A stretch of DNA of 64,000 nt from an uncultured Alphaproteobacteria bacterium (GCA_944393715.1 CALYBB010000036.1:13270-77269), one strand, 5' to 3'. Positions 49,015 to 58,529 are shown, numbered from the stretch's first letter. Notes: a model not told the origin generated them from the letters alone. Numbers and translations: made by a program.

Positions 49015-49494
49015 ATGATTAAGTTTTTAATGTTGACGATAATGATCGCGTTTGGCGCATGTTTTGACGCATCGGCACAGATAGGGCAATCAATATCAGA
49101 TGCTTTGTCTTATCGCAATGTCGTCAGTAGCAACTCTGTTTCAACCAGCGGCTATCGACCCAAAGCCAGCAATCAGAGCGCACCAAAAGAAGAGGCTGCT
49201 TCTCTGCCGGCGCCCAAAGAAGTCGACTTACGCAATTCGGTAACCAAAGAAATAAATCTTCAGCCCCGCGGAGAAGTAAAAGTCCTCCTGCCGGCAGAAG
49301 AAGGGGATGAGAGTTCTTGGGAGGCAAACTACAATAAAAAAGCTCTTTCGCTGTTGGGCAAAAAGACGGAACAAGGCGTCAATCAAATAAGATTCATGCA
49401 GCAAGGCAGTTTAAGCAGCGAAGTATATTTTGATAAAAAATTGCCAAGCGGAAAAGTTGTTGAAAATAAAGCTCTCTATATCAAGGTTGATTGA
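49015..49494 (+). CDS. Small secreted hypothetical protein
   Basis: Signal peptide MIKFLMLTIMIAFGACFDASA. Its stop overlaps the rsmE start. Confidence 0.5.
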   Translation: MIKFLMLTIMIAFGACFDASAQIGQSISDALSYRNVVSSNSVSTSGYRPKASNQSAPKEEAASLPAPKEVDLRNSVTKEINLQPRGEVKVLLPAEEGDESSWEANYNKKALSLLGKKTEQGVNQIRFMQQGSLSSEVYFDKKLPSGKVVENKALYIKVD

Positions 49495-50246
49495 TGGACG
49501 AAATTCGGCGCATCAGACTCTTTACGGACAAAAAGCTGATTCTGGGAGGCAAAGCAGAGCTCTCGGAAAAAGCTTCGCATTATTTGTGCAATGTTATGCG
49601 CTGTAATGCCGGTGAAAAGATTCGTTGTTTTAATGAGACGGATGGCGAGTTTTTGTGTCGCATTGAGGTGTCAGACAAAAAAAAGACGATTGTCCGGATC
49701 GAAGAATTATTGCGTTTGCGGGAAAAAGACAATGATATATGGTTGCTGTTTGCGCCCTTAAAAAAGGATCAAACGGATTTCGTCATAGCCAAAGCGGTTG
49801 AACTTGGCGTGTCTAAAATAATTCCGATTATAACCGAGCGCACAAATTCAGAGCGTGTAAAGGTTGAACGTTTTGCTGCGCAAGCGGTTGAAGCCGCCGA
49901 ACAATGCGGCAGACTAAGTGTACCGGAGGTGGTATCTCCGGTAAAACTTATAGAATTTTTAGGTGCATGGAATCCCGAGCGTTTGCTATTCTTTGCGGAC
50001 GAACGCCGGCGGGGTAAAGAAGCCGCCGATGCTTTTCGACAGTCTGCCGGCAATCCGGCGGCAATCCTTGTTGGCCCTGAAGGTGGTTTCAGCGATGAAG
50101 AAGCCGCGCGTCTTGATAAATGTTTGTTTGTCAAAAACATTAATCTTGGGCCGCGCATTTTACGAGCCGAAACGGCAGCAGTGGCGAGTTTATCCGTTTG
50201 GCAGGCATCTGCCGGTGACTGGCGGAATTATGGAGAAAGAACATGA
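49494..50246 (+). CDS. rsmE: 16S rRNA (uracil1498-N3)-methyltransferase
   Basis: RsmE-family pattern: HYLCNVMRCNAGEKI, LLFAPLKKDQTDFVIAKAVELGV and GPEGGFSDEE..LGPRILRAETA. Confidence 0.85.
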   Translation: MDEIRRIRLFTDKKLILGGKAELSEKASHYLCNVMRCNAGEKIRCFNETDGEFLCRIEVSDKKKTIVRIEELLRLREKDNDIWLLFAPLKKDQTDFVIAKAVELGVSKIIPIITERTNSERVKVERFAAQAVEAAEQCGRLSVPEVVSPVKLIEFLGAWNPERLLFFADERRRGKEAADAFRQSAGNPAAILVGPEGGFSDEEAARLDKCLFVKNINLGPRILRAETAAVASLSVWQASAGDWRNYGERT

Positions 50247-50923
50247 AAATACTAATTGCTGACGATCATGAGTTGTTTCTAAAAGGGCTGGAAATGGTTT
50301 TATCCGATTTTAGTCCTCAGGCCGAAATCGTCAAAGCCGAAAATTACAGCGATATCCTAACAATTATTGAAAAACAAAAAGACTTTAATCTGCTCTTGAC
50401 GGACTTGGCCATGCCGGGCGCCCACTGGCTCGAAGCCTTAAAAGAAATACATGCCCAGCTTCCGGATACGCCGATTATCATTCTGTCGGCAGTATTTGAT
50501 CGCGAAATTGTACAAAAGACAATAGAACTCGGTGCTGCCGGATATATCCCAAAAACATCAAGCAATGCCGTCATTTTGTCGGCGGTTAATTTGGTACTGT
50601 CTGGCGGTGTTTATATTCCGGCGGAATTACTCAAAGGAACATCGCAAAACGAGTTTGATATGCTTAAACAGGTGGAAGATTTTTCGGCAAGCCAAGATCT
50701 GAAGGAAAAAGCCAAAATCTTAACGGCTAGGCAGATTGAGGTTCTGCGCCTGATCGCCAAAGGAGAATCAAATAAACAAATCGCTTATGAGCTTGGTTTG
50801 AGCGAAGGAACCGTTAAGCTGCACGTAACAGCAATTTTAAAATTACTTAATGTTTATAACCGCACCGGGGCTGTGGCCGCGGCAACACAATTAGGATTAT
50901 TAAATAAAGATGACAAAAATTAA
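50243..50923 (+). CDS. NarL/FixJ (LuxR-type HTH) response regulator
   Basis: Receiver MKILIADDHELF..LLLTDLAMPG..IIILSA..KT, and a C-terminal LTARQIEVLRLIAKGESNKQIAYELGLSEGTVKLHV. ATGA overlap with rsmE. Confidence 0.88.
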   Translation: MKILIADDHELFLKGLEMVLSDFSPQAEIVKAENYSDILTIIEKQKDFNLLLTDLAMPGAHWLEALKEIHAQLPDTPIIILSAVFDREIVQKTIELGAAGYIPKTSSNAVILSAVNLVLSGGVYIPAELLKGTSQNEFDMLKQVEDFSASQDLKEKAKILTARQIEVLRLIAKGESNKQIAYELGLSEGTVKLHVTAILKLLNVYNRTGAVAAATQLGLLNKDDKN

Positions 50924-51257
50924 TAAAAAACAGTTAAATGAATATTTGGATATTTTTGGCAAGAACAAAATGCAAGGACTTTTGAAAGATTATCTGGCCG
51001 AATCTTCTAAGTCATGGGATAATCTGGAAAAAATATCCAACAAAGAAAAATGCCGTGTTTTTCATTGCTGGCGCTCCAGTAGTTTGGTCTTTGGCATGGA
51101 AGATTTTTCGCGTATCTGCACCAAAATTGAGGACGATATGCTCAACAATCGTCTATCAAAACTGTCCTCACTGATATCCGAAAGTCAGGATTGTTACCAA
51201 AAAAGCATTTTGAAGGTAATAGAAATCATGCAAGAGAGGGAAAATGACTATCGCTAA
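50910..51257 (+). CDS. Hpt (histidine phosphotransfer) domain protein
   Basis: 115 aa and all-helical. FHCWRSSSLVFGM fits the Hpt signature H-x-x-K/R-G/S-S/A-S/A-x-x-x-G. It overlaps both neighbouring genes by 14 nt. Confidence 0.55.
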   Translation: MTKINKKQLNEYLDIFGKNKMQGLLKDYLAESSKSWDNLEKISNKEKCRVFHCWRSSSLVFGMEDFSRICTKIEDDMLNNRLSKLSSLISESQDCYQKSILKVIEIMQERENDYR

Positions 51258-52008
51258 AAACACTAAGCCCAAACTTCCGGCTTATCAGGAAGTTATTTAT
51301 GGCGATATCTATGGCGACAAAAATAAATGTGCCGCCATGGACAATGTTTTCGGCTGTTCATTGCGAACACTTTTCCAATACAAAAAATTGGTCAATGCTG
51401 CGGTTCAGGAGCTAAAAATGAGCCAAAGTTTATTGCAGCTTGGAGTGGTCTTTGGCAACGAAATTGACGAAGTGGCAATGGCCATCGGCGCTTACGGACA
51501 ATATGATATTGTTGATGTTAACCCTTTTCAGGTAGAAAGGGTTACCGAAAAATATTGGCGTGTATATCAAGGGATGAAGGTTTTTTGCCAAGATGCGGCA
51601 AACCTAAAGCTCAAAGGGCAATATGATGTGGTTTTGTGCTTTATGCTTTTATCAGAAGTTCCTTCGGCCAGCAAAACCAAAATAGTTAATAACGCTCTCA
51701 AAATGGTCAAGCCAGGAGGCAAAGCTGTTTTTGTCGATTGGCACCGCCCGTTGTTCTATCATCCTCTGCGTTATGTCGTGCGGATGTACAATCGCCTATA
51801 TAATCCGTTTGTCGAGCGCCTGTGGGACCGAGATATTAATACATTTGCCTCTTCCGAACTCCGCGCACAGTTTGTTTGGCGTAAGAACACTTATTTTGGC
51901 CGCATGTTCCAAAAAACAATAGCCGAAAGAAAAGAAAATCCTCTGGAGGAAAAACCTGAAGAACAAAACTTTTTTAGACCCAGCGATTTAGGACTGGCAG
52001 ATTTTTAA
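51244..52008 (+). CDS. Class I methyltransferase-fold protein with degenerate SAM motif I; candidate RquA-like (rhodoquinone biosynthesis) protein
   Basis: Motif I reads LLQLGVVFGN instead of (V/L)LD(V/L)GCGTG. Other blocks are DIVDVNPFQV, YDVVLCFMLLSEVP and PGGKAVFVDWHRPLFYHPL. The pattern matches what I remember of RquA proteins, from memory only. Confidence 0.5.
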   Translation: MTIAKNTKPKLPAYQEVIYGDIYGDKNKCAAMDNVFGCSLRTLFQYKKLVNAAVQELKMSQSLLQLGVVFGNEIDEVAMAIGAYGQYDIVDVNPFQVERVTEKYWRVYQGMKVFCQDAANLKLKGQYDVVLCFMLLSEVPSASKTKIVNNALKMVKPGGKAVFVDWHRPLFYHPLRYVVRMYNRLYNPFVERLWDRDINTFASSELRAQFVWRKNTYFGRMFQKTIAERKENPLEEKPEEQNFFRPSDLGLADF

Positions 52009-52974
52009 AATTTGCTCGGCTATTTCGTTTGCCGGATTAAGAACACCTGCGGGGCAAAAATCAAGAGCATTAGCGGCGTCTATATCCTGTGCATAACCTT
52101 TTTCGACCAATGAAGATGCAAACCGTTTGTGTTTACTTGTTAGCCAGTTTTGTCCCTGAAACAGCAAAACCGGAACATGGCATCCGCAGGCCTCCGAGCA
52201 CATAGATACGGAATCCGCCGTTACGACGATTCTGTCAGCACAAGCATAAAAACCCATAATGGGATTCTCCTTTTTCTCGCCCCATAAGTAAGTATACATA
52301 GGGATTCCTTTAAGTTTATCCATAATGATTTGCTCTGCTTTTATGCCGGTTCGTCGCGACGAAGTCACCAGAAAACTCCCGCCGGTTTTATCATGAATTT
52401 TCTTTAACTTATCCGCTAATGCCTCGGCATTTTCCAAGGGCCATGGCTTATTTTTAATACCGCCGCCTATAATAACGGCCGTCAAAGGACGGGGCAGATG
52501 GGCAAAAATCTCGACCCATTTGGCGCGTTCCTGCAACAAAACATTATCAAAAATACGGGTTGGAGCGCCGGTAATTACAAAAATATTTTTTCCGACGCGT
52601 TTAAAAGCTCTTTCATGTGCCGGAACAATAACCAAAGCCATATCCTTAAGCCCAACGCCTTCGCTGGGATACATGAGTTGAATAATTTTAGTCTTTTCCT
52701 TGGATTTTTGCCGAATAAAACGGGCAACGGGCACGGTTCTCCTTGAGGTGGATAAAACCAGATCAGGATACGGAGGGTTGAGATTATCGGATTCTCTGAT
52801 ATTTACTCCGATCAACGTCTTGCCGCGTATCCAATTAGGAAGACTCCCCAGAGGCGTATAAACAATTTGTTTCTCAACAACATCTATTTTATTTTCCAGT
52901 GCTTTTATAATGCCTTTGGCTTGTCCGACACTGCCGCGGCGGTCATCAAGCAAAACCCATAAGCTCTTGTTCAT
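51988..52974 (-). CDS. ELM1/DUF1022 family (mitochondrial-fission-ELM1-like, putative glycosyltransferase-fold) protein
   Basis: LWVLLDDRRGSVGQAKGIIKAL N-terminus and a length of about 330 aa, typical of the bacterial ELM1 family. Confidence 0.65.
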   Translation of the reverse strand: MNKSLWVLLDDRRGSVGQAKGIIKALENKIDVVEKQIVYTPLGSLPNWIRGKTLIGVNIRESDNLNPPYPDLVLSTSRRTVPVARFIRQKSKEKTKIIQLMYPSEGVGLKDMALVIVPAHERAFKRVGKNIFVITGAPTRIFDNVLLQERAKWVEIFAHLPRPLTAVIIGGGIKNKPWPLENAEALADKLKKIHDKTGGSFLVTSSRRTGIKAEQIIMDKLKGIPMYTYLWGEKKENPIMGFYACADRIVVTADSVSMCSEACGCHVPVLLFQGQNWLTSKHKRFASSLVEKGYAQDIDAANALDFCPAGVLNPANEIAEQILKICQS

Positions 52975-53069
52975 ATTTGATAACTTTCAAAAAAACATGG
53001 TCAACCGACTTTAATATCGCTAATATAACCAATAAATAACAATAAATCATTAATGAAAGCAACCCGACC

Positions 53070-53378
53070 ATGAAAAAGCTTTTTTGTCTGATTTTAACCG
53101 GAGCCATCTTGGGTGTCGTCGTCCCCGCTGGGGCACAATATTCGGCACAAAATGAAGCCAAATATATGGCAACGCTTAAAGCGGTGGTCGATTATAAAAT
53201 CAATGATGAGGAAAATTATGACGACATCGAATCTTTGCGCCAAAACAAAAGATTTAATGCCGAGTTGAGGAAAATGATATCAAAATTATCTAACCGTCGC
53301 ACCAAAAACTCGACCAATAATCGTGTTTACAGGATTTTGCTTCAGGCAGGAAAAGATGTCTATAACGAGCTTAATTAA
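53070..53378 (+). CDS. Small secreted hypothetical protein
   Basis: Signal peptide MKKLFCLILTGAILGVVVPAGA. 102 aa. Confidence 0.45.
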   Translation: MKKLFCLILTGAILGVVVPAGAQYSAQNEAKYMATLKAVVDYKINDEENYDDIESLRQNKRFNAELRKMISKLSNRRTKNSTNNRVYRILLQAGKDVYNELN

Positions 53379-53425
53379 GCAATAATTAACGGCTGGTTGT
53401 TAAAATAGGGCAGAAGGGAAAAGCG

Positions 53426-53587
53426 ATGGATTACAAGACAGTCAAAAAATTTCAGGACAGCCTGAACAATATGCGGGCTAAGGTTATCGCGGCAAAAGGG
53501 ACAAAAGTAGAGGGGCTTACGCCTTTGCCGCAGCATCAAGCTCAACAAAAATCTTCCCACACTCAGGAAAGGGAGGGCAAGGTATGA
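53426..53587 (+). CDS. Possible 53-aa small protein (below the ORF-track cutoff)
   Basis: My translation is MDYKTVKKFQDSLNNMRAKVIAAKGTKVEGLTPLPQHQAQQKSSHTQEREGKV. SD-like GAAGGGAA lies upstream, and the stop overlaps the next ATG (ATGA at 53584-53587). Confidence 0.35.
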   Translation: MDYKTVKKFQDSLNNMRAKVIAAKGTKVEGLTPLPQHQAQQKSSHTQEREGKV

Positions 53588-53883
53588 AAAAATTTTTTTT
53601 GGGAATAGGGCTGTTTTTACTGTCTGCTTGTTCGTCTTTTTCCGAGCCGGATTATGTCGATCCTGACTATAACTATATTGCCGACCATGTTATTGTTGTC
53701 GAAAAAAGTCCGTGGCACGTTGTTTATGAATATTCTGATATCCGCATAGACGAGATTGCGCCCGTTGCGGCAATTTATTGTGCCAATCGCGGCGGCAAAC
53801 AAGCATCTTTGCACGGTATTACCCTGCGTCCGGATCATCGTCGGCGGGCAACTTTCGTCTGTGATGAACTGCCGGCATATTAA
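53584..53883 (+). CDS. Small lipoprotein, hypothetical
   Basis: Lipobox LLSAC in MKKFFLGIGLFLLSACSS. 99 aa. Confidence 0.5.
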   Translation: MKKFFLGIGLFLLSACSSFSEPDYVDPDYNYIADHVIVVEKSPWHVVYEYSDIRIDEIAPVAAIYCANRGGKQASLHGITLRPDHRRRATFVCDELPAY

Positions 53884-53912
53884 CTTGCAAAGCCTTTCCC
53901 TTCTGCCTATAT
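53884..53912 (+). promoter_or_regulatory. RpoH (sigma32)-type promoter candidate, alphaproteobacterial form CTTG-N18-CCTATAT
   Basis: CTTG at 53884-53887 and CCTATAT at 53906-53912. The architecture is the same as upstream of dnaK. Confidence 0.55.
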
Positions 53913-53949
53913 AAAAAAGAAGAAAGGTTTTTTAGGGGTTTGTCAGGCA

Positions 53950-54858
53950 ATGAAAGATTTATACCAGATATTAGGAATTGGAAAAACGGCAACGGAAAGC
54001 GAAATAAAATCCGCTTACCGTAAATTGGCGCGTAAATATCATCCGGATCTAAACAAAGATGATAAAACCGCCGCCGAAAAATTTAAGGAAGTTTCCTGTG
54101 CTTATGATATTTTGGGTGATAAAGAAAAACGCCGGAAATATGATAACAACGAAATAGACGCCGACGGCAAACCGACGGGGTTTGGCGCCGGAGGTTTTGG
54201 AGGTGGGTATCAATCATATTCCGCCGGAGCCAATCCGTTTGGAGGCGAAGGGGCTTCGTTTGATTTTTCTTCAATTTTCGGCGATGATATTTTTTCACAG
54301 TTTTCTGGTCGAGGCGGTGGTTTTGCCGGCGGATTCGGTGGTGCATCGCGCCGGCCGCGCAAGGGCGCTGATATCAACTACACCATGCGGGTAGACTTTT
54401 TATCAGCGGTTCGCGGTGAAGAAAAGACCGTTAATCTCAACGGCAAAAACATCAATGTCAAAATTCCCGCAGGCACTTCAAATGGACAAACCTTACGGCT
54501 CAAAGGACTAGGTGAACCGAGCCCAAACGGCGGCACATCCGGTGACGTCCTGATTACTTTAAATGTTGACCGCCATCCATATTTTGAGCTCGAGGACAAA
54601 AATATTCTGCTGGAACTGCCGATAACGTTAAAAGAGGCGATTCTAGGTGCCAAAATAACCGTACCGACCATTACCGGCAAAGTTGCGGTAAATATTCCGC
54701 CCTATGCCACCACCGGAGAAAAGCTACGTCTCAAAGGCAAAGGCGTCAAGGGCGGCGACCAAATTATGACCTTAAAAGTGGTAATGCCCAAGACCAAGAA
54801 TTCCGAACTCGAGAAAGCTTTACAAGCCATGCCGGATGAAACCGTCAGGACTTTTTAA
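53950..54858 (+). CDS. CbpA-like class II J-domain co-chaperone (curved-DNA-binding protein type)
   Basis: J domain [33 protein letters not shown], a G/F-rich linker, and C-terminal DnaJ substrate-binding domains. There is no Cys-rich zinc-finger region. Confidence 0.8.
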   Translation: MKDLYQILGIGKTATESEIKSAYRKLARKYHPDLNKDDKTAAEKFKEVSCAYDILGDKEKRRKYDNNEIDADGKPTGFGAGGFGGGYQSYSAGANPFGGEGASFDFSSIFGDDIFSQFSGRGGGFAGGFGGASRRPRKGADINYTMRVDFLSAVRGEEKTVNLNGKNINVKIPAGTSNGQTLRLKGLGEPSPNGGTSGDVLITLNVDRHPYFELEDKNILLELPITLKEAILGAKITVPTITGKVAVNIPPYATTGEKLRLKGKGVKGGDQIMTLKVVMPKTKNSELEKALQAMPDETVRTF

Positions 54859-55424
54859 TGATTTTGGAAAATATAAAAGATTTTAATTGGTATAATGATC
54901 CGCAAAACGTTCGTTTTGTTAACAACGGTATGTTGATAGAAACGCGTCCGCGAACGGATTTTTGGCAAAATATTGATAGTCATTTCCAGAAAGACAACGG
55001 CCATTTGTTTGCCCAGAACTGTGGTGGTAATTTTGTATTGACCGTCAAATGGTCTTTTCCTCTTGTTAAAAATTCGGCGCAATGTGGTCTGATGTTTCGT
55101 TCCGATACATTGAACTGGATTAAAGCGGGGCTTTTATCACCGAGCTTTGTCATGCCGCAGCTTGGTGTTGTCAGTGCCAATCAGGGGTCATGTGATTGGT
55201 CGGCGGTAGAGCTGCCGCTGGAGTGCCGGAAGATTTGGCTTCGCTTGAGCCGTCGGGGCAAAGATTTTGTTATAATGTACTCGCTCAACGGCAATAATTT
55301 CCACCAGATTCGCATGCTCCACCTGCCCAAAGTTTCCGATGTTGCAGCGGTTGGCGCCTATACCTGTTCTCCGGGCGAAGAGAGTTTTGAGTGTGTTTTG
55401 GAAGAAATTGAGCTGGCATACTAA
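54858..55424 (+). CDS. DUF1349 (concanavalin-like, Reo1-like) family protein
   Basis: FNWYNDPQNV...TRPRTDFWQN...DNGH pattern. TAATG overlap with the cbpA-like gene. Confidence 0.6.
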   Translation: MILENIKDFNWYNDPQNVRFVNNGMLIETRPRTDFWQNIDSHFQKDNGHLFAQNCGGNFVLTVKWSFPLVKNSAQCGLMFRSDTLNWIKAGLLSPSFVMPQLGVVSANQGSCDWSAVELPLECRKIWLRLSRRGKDFVIMYSLNGNNFHQIRMLHLPKVSDVAAVGAYTCSPGEESFECVLEEIELAY

Positions 55425-55439
55425 ATAAGGAGTAAACAA

Positions 55440-56366
55440 ATGCAAAAACTTCGCTTGGCGATTATTGGATGCAATAATATGGGAAAAAAACATCTCAATA
55501 TTTTACGGCAGCATTTTGCATCTTATGTTGATGTCGTCGGCATTCTTAACTCGACGCCGGAGTCAACGGCACGGCGGGCGGCAGAATTAGACATAGGGTA
55601 TTTTAACAGTCTTGACGAAATAACATCTGCCAAAGTTGATGGTGCGATTATATCGACCCCAGCCATCACTCATGCCGCAATCGGCAAGGAACTGCTCCAT
55701 CGCGGAATTCCGTGTTTAATTGAAAAACCTCTCGGCACAACCATGGTGGAGTGCCGGCAGCTGACAAAAGCGGCAGAAGAAAGCAAAGAGGTCTTATTGG
55801 TCGGCCATTCGGAAAATTTTAATCCGGCCGTTATCAGGCTCAAAAAAGAACTTCGCCTGCCGATAAAAAGGATCAATGCCGTTCGTACCAGCCGCAATTG
55901 CAGCAATCATACGGGAATTTCAGCCGTTCAGGAGTTGATGATTCACGATTTGGCAATAGTTTATTCGCTATTGGGCGGCAAAAACATATCGACTTCTCTA
56001 TCAAAACGCGGAGATCTAAGCTGGGAGAATCATGCCGTTTCATCTATAAAATATCCCGCCGGAGCTGTTGTAACCTTGGAGGCTCTGCGTGCAGATGTCG
56101 AGGTGCAACGCTTTATGGATTTGGAAGATGAGGAAGGCAACAAATTTCATATTGATTTTCTGTCCCGTAGTTTATCCAAAAACGGCAGCGAATTGTGTTC
56201 CGGCGGCGACACATTGGTTAACGAATTATCCAATTTTATTGGCTGTTTGCAAAAAGTCGAACAACCACTAGTTGGCGGCAAAGAAGCCTCTGAAATACTC
56301 AGGTTATGCCTAATTATTGAAAAGGGCATACCTCGGAGCGAAAAACCGCATCTGGCAAATTTATAA
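55440..56366 (+). CDS. Gfo/Idh/MocA family NAD(P)-dependent oxidoreductase
   Basis: N-terminal Rossmann fold LRLAIIGCNNMGKKH and the conserved EKPL motif (CLIEKPLG). Confidence 0.8.
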   Translation: MQKLRLAIIGCNNMGKKHLNILRQHFASYVDVVGILNSTPESTARRAAELDIGYFNSLDEITSAKVDGAIISTPAITHAAIGKELLHRGIPCLIEKPLGTTMVECRQLTKAAEESKEVLLVGHSENFNPAVIRLKKELRLPIKRINAVRTSRNCSNHTGISAVQELMIHDLAIVYSLLGGKNISTSLSKRGDLSWENHAVSSIKYPAGAVVTLEALRADVEVQRFMDLEDEEGNKFHIDFLSRSLSKNGSELCSGGDTLVNELSNFIGCLQKVEQPLVGGKEASEILRLCLIIEKGIPRSEKPHLANL

Positions 56367-56383
56367 AAAAAATAATTTTCGCC

Positions 56384-56412
56384 CTTGCAGTGCCAAAATC
56401 TGATTCCTATAT
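56384..56412 (+). promoter_or_regulatory. RpoH (sigma32)-type promoter candidate for dnaK (CTTG-N18-CCTATAT)
   Basis: CTTG at 56384-56387 and CCTATAT at 56406-56412, about 60 nt upstream of the dnaK ATG. Confidence 0.6.
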
Positions 56413-56470
56413 AAACAACTAGACAGACAAAATTTAACTTTAGAGAAATTCTGGAAAGAAGGAAAAGATT

Positions 56471-58387
56471 ATGAGCAATAAAGTAATTGGTATTGACTTG
56501 GGTACAACCAACTCCTGTTTTGCCGTTATGGAAGGCGGGGAGGCCAAAGTTCTTGAGAACTCCGAAGGCGCGCGCACGACGCCGTCGATGGTAGCGTTTA
56601 CCGATACGGAGCGTCTGGTCGGTTTTCCGGCCAAACGTCAGGCGGTAACCAATCCGGAAAACACCCTGTTTGCCATCAAACGTTTAATCGGCCGTCGGTA
56701 TGATTCGCCGGAAGTCGCCAAAGACAAAGCTTTGGTTCCGTTTAAGATTATCGAGGGCGACAACGGCGATGCCTGGGTTGAGGTTAAAGGCCAGAAATAT
56801 GCGCCGTCGCAGATCTCGGCTATCGTCTTGCAAAAGATTAAAGAATATGCCGAAAGCTACCTTGGCGAAAAAATTGAAAAAGCCGTTATTACCGTTCCGG
56901 CCTATTTTAACGACTCTCAGCGTCAGGCCACCAAAGACGCCGGTAAAATTGCCGGACTGGATGTCTTGCGTATCATCAACGAGCCGACGGCGGCTGCTTT
57001 GGCTTACGGCTTGGATAAAAAAACCAACGGCACGATTGCGGTTTATGACCTCGGTGGCGGTACGTTTGATATCTCGATTTTGGAGATTGGCGACGGCGTT
57101 TTTGAGGTTAAGTCGACCAACGGCGATACTTTCTTGGGCGGCGAAGACTTTGACCAGCGTCTGGTCAACTATTTGTCCGAGGAATTTAAGAAAGAATCAG
57201 GCATTGATTTGAAGAACGACCGTTTGGCTTTGCAGCGTTTGAAAGAAGCGGCCGAAAAAGCCAAGATTGAGCTGTCCTCTACCACACAGACCGAGGTTAA
57301 CCTGCCGTTTATTACGGCGGACGCCACGGGACCGAAACACTTAAACATCAAGCTGACCCGCGCCAAACTTGAATCTTTGGTTGAAGATTTGATTGAGCGC
57401 ACGGTTGAGCCTTGCAAAAAAGCCATGGCCGATGCCGGAGTCAGCCCGTCGGATATCAGCGAGGTTATTCTGGTCGGCGGTATGACTCGTATGCCTAAGG
57501 TTCAAGAAAAAGTTAAAGAAATCTTCGGCAAAGAGCCGCACAAAGGTGTTAATCCGGATGAGGTCGTTGCCGTCGGCGCAGCCATTCAGGGCGGCGTTTT
57601 GATGGGCGATGTCAAAGATGTTTTGTTGCTGGATGTTACGCCGCTGTCTTTGGGTATTGAAACCCTTGGCGGTGTCTTCACCCGTTTGATTGACCGCAAC
57701 ACCACCATTCCGACCCGCAAATCGCAGGTCTTCTCAACCGCCGAAGACGGCCAGACGGCTGTTACGATTCGCGTCTTTCAGGGCGAGCGTGAAATGGCGG
57801 CCGACAACAAACTTCTGGGCCAGTTTGATCTGGTCGGTATTCCGCCGGCACCGCGCGGTATGCCGCAGATTGAAGTAACCTTTGATATCGACGCCAACGG
57901 CATTGTTAACGTTTCGGCCAAGGATAAGGCCACCAACAAAGAGCAGGCTATTCGTATTCAGGCCAGCGGCGGTTTGTCCGATGCCGATATCGAAAAGATG
58001 GTCAAAGACGCCGAGGCTAATGCCGAAGCCGATAAGAAGAAAAAAGAGGTTGTCGAGGCTAAGAACCAAGCCGAATCTTTGGTTCATACCACCGAAAAGA
58101 CCTTAAAAGAGAACGGCGACAAAGTTTCGCCGGCCGAAAAAGAAGCGATTGAAAAAGAAATCAACGCTTTGAAGACAGCGCTGGAGGCCGATGATTTGGC
58201 GGTTATCAAAGAAAAGACCGAAAGTCTGATGCAGGCTTCAATGAAACTCGGCGAAGCCATGTACAAGGCGCAGGCCGCTCAGGCACAACAGGCCCAGGGC
58301 GCAACGCAAGGCGCCGATACCGGTGCTTCGGCCGAACAGCCTAAAGACGACAAGGTCGTTGATGCTGATTTTGAAGAGGTCAAATAA
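56471..58387 (+). CDS. dnaK: Molecular chaperone DnaK (Hsp70)
   Basis: 638 aa. [19 protein letters not shown] and [11 protein letters not shown] motifs. Confidence 0.98.
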   Translation: MSNKVIGIDLGTTNSCFAVMEGGEAKVLENSEGARTTPSMVAFTDTERLVGFPAKRQAVTNPENTLFAIKRLIGRRYDSPEVAKDKALVPFKIIEGDNGDAWVEVKGQKYAPSQISAIVLQKIKEYAESYLGEKIEKAVITVPAYFNDSQRQATKDAGKIAGLDVLRIINEPTAAALAYGLDKKTNGTIAVYDLGGGTFDISILEIGDGVFEVKSTNGDTFLGGEDFDQRLVNYLSEEFKKESGIDLKNDRLALQRLKEAAEKAKIELSSTTQTEVNLPFITADATGPKHLNIKLTRAKLESLVEDLIERTVEPCKKAMADAGVSPSDISEVILVGGMTRMPKVQEKVKEIFGKEPHKGVNPDEVVAVGAAIQGGVLMGDVKDVLLLDVTPLSLGIETLGGVFTRLIDRNTTIPTRKSQVFSTAEDGQTAVTIRVFQGEREMAADNKLLGQFDLVGIPPAPRGMPQIEVTFDIDANGIVNVSAKDKATNKEQAIRIQASGGLSDADIEKMVKDAEANAEADKKKKEVVEAKNQAESLVHTTEKTLKENGDKVSPAEKEAIEKEINALKTALEADDLAVIKEKTESLMQASMKLGEAMYKAQAAQAQQAQGATQGADTGASAEQPKDDKVVDADFEEVK

Positions 58388-58407
58388 GTAAACTCCAAAA
58401 AAAAGAG

Positions 58408-58433
58408 AAGCTCCGCAAATGCGGAGCTTTTTT
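58408..58433 (+). terminator. Hairpin plus T-run between dnaK and dnaJ (terminator/attenuator)
   Basis: AAGCTCCGC-AAAT-GCGGAGCTT followed by TTTTT. Confidence 0.7.
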
Positions 58434-58529
58434 ATGCTTTTATTTCAAAAACTTGTGCAATTTGCTTGCATTTTGCCGCAAATATTCCTAAATAAAGAGC
58501 AAGAAATGCAACAAAGGCTTAAAACAACA

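Noticed and set aside
53375-53390. A CtrA-box-like TTAA-N7-TTAAC sequence.
   Set aside because: It is a single occurrence of a short, degenerate, AT-rich motif. Such matches are expected by chance in a window of this size and composition.
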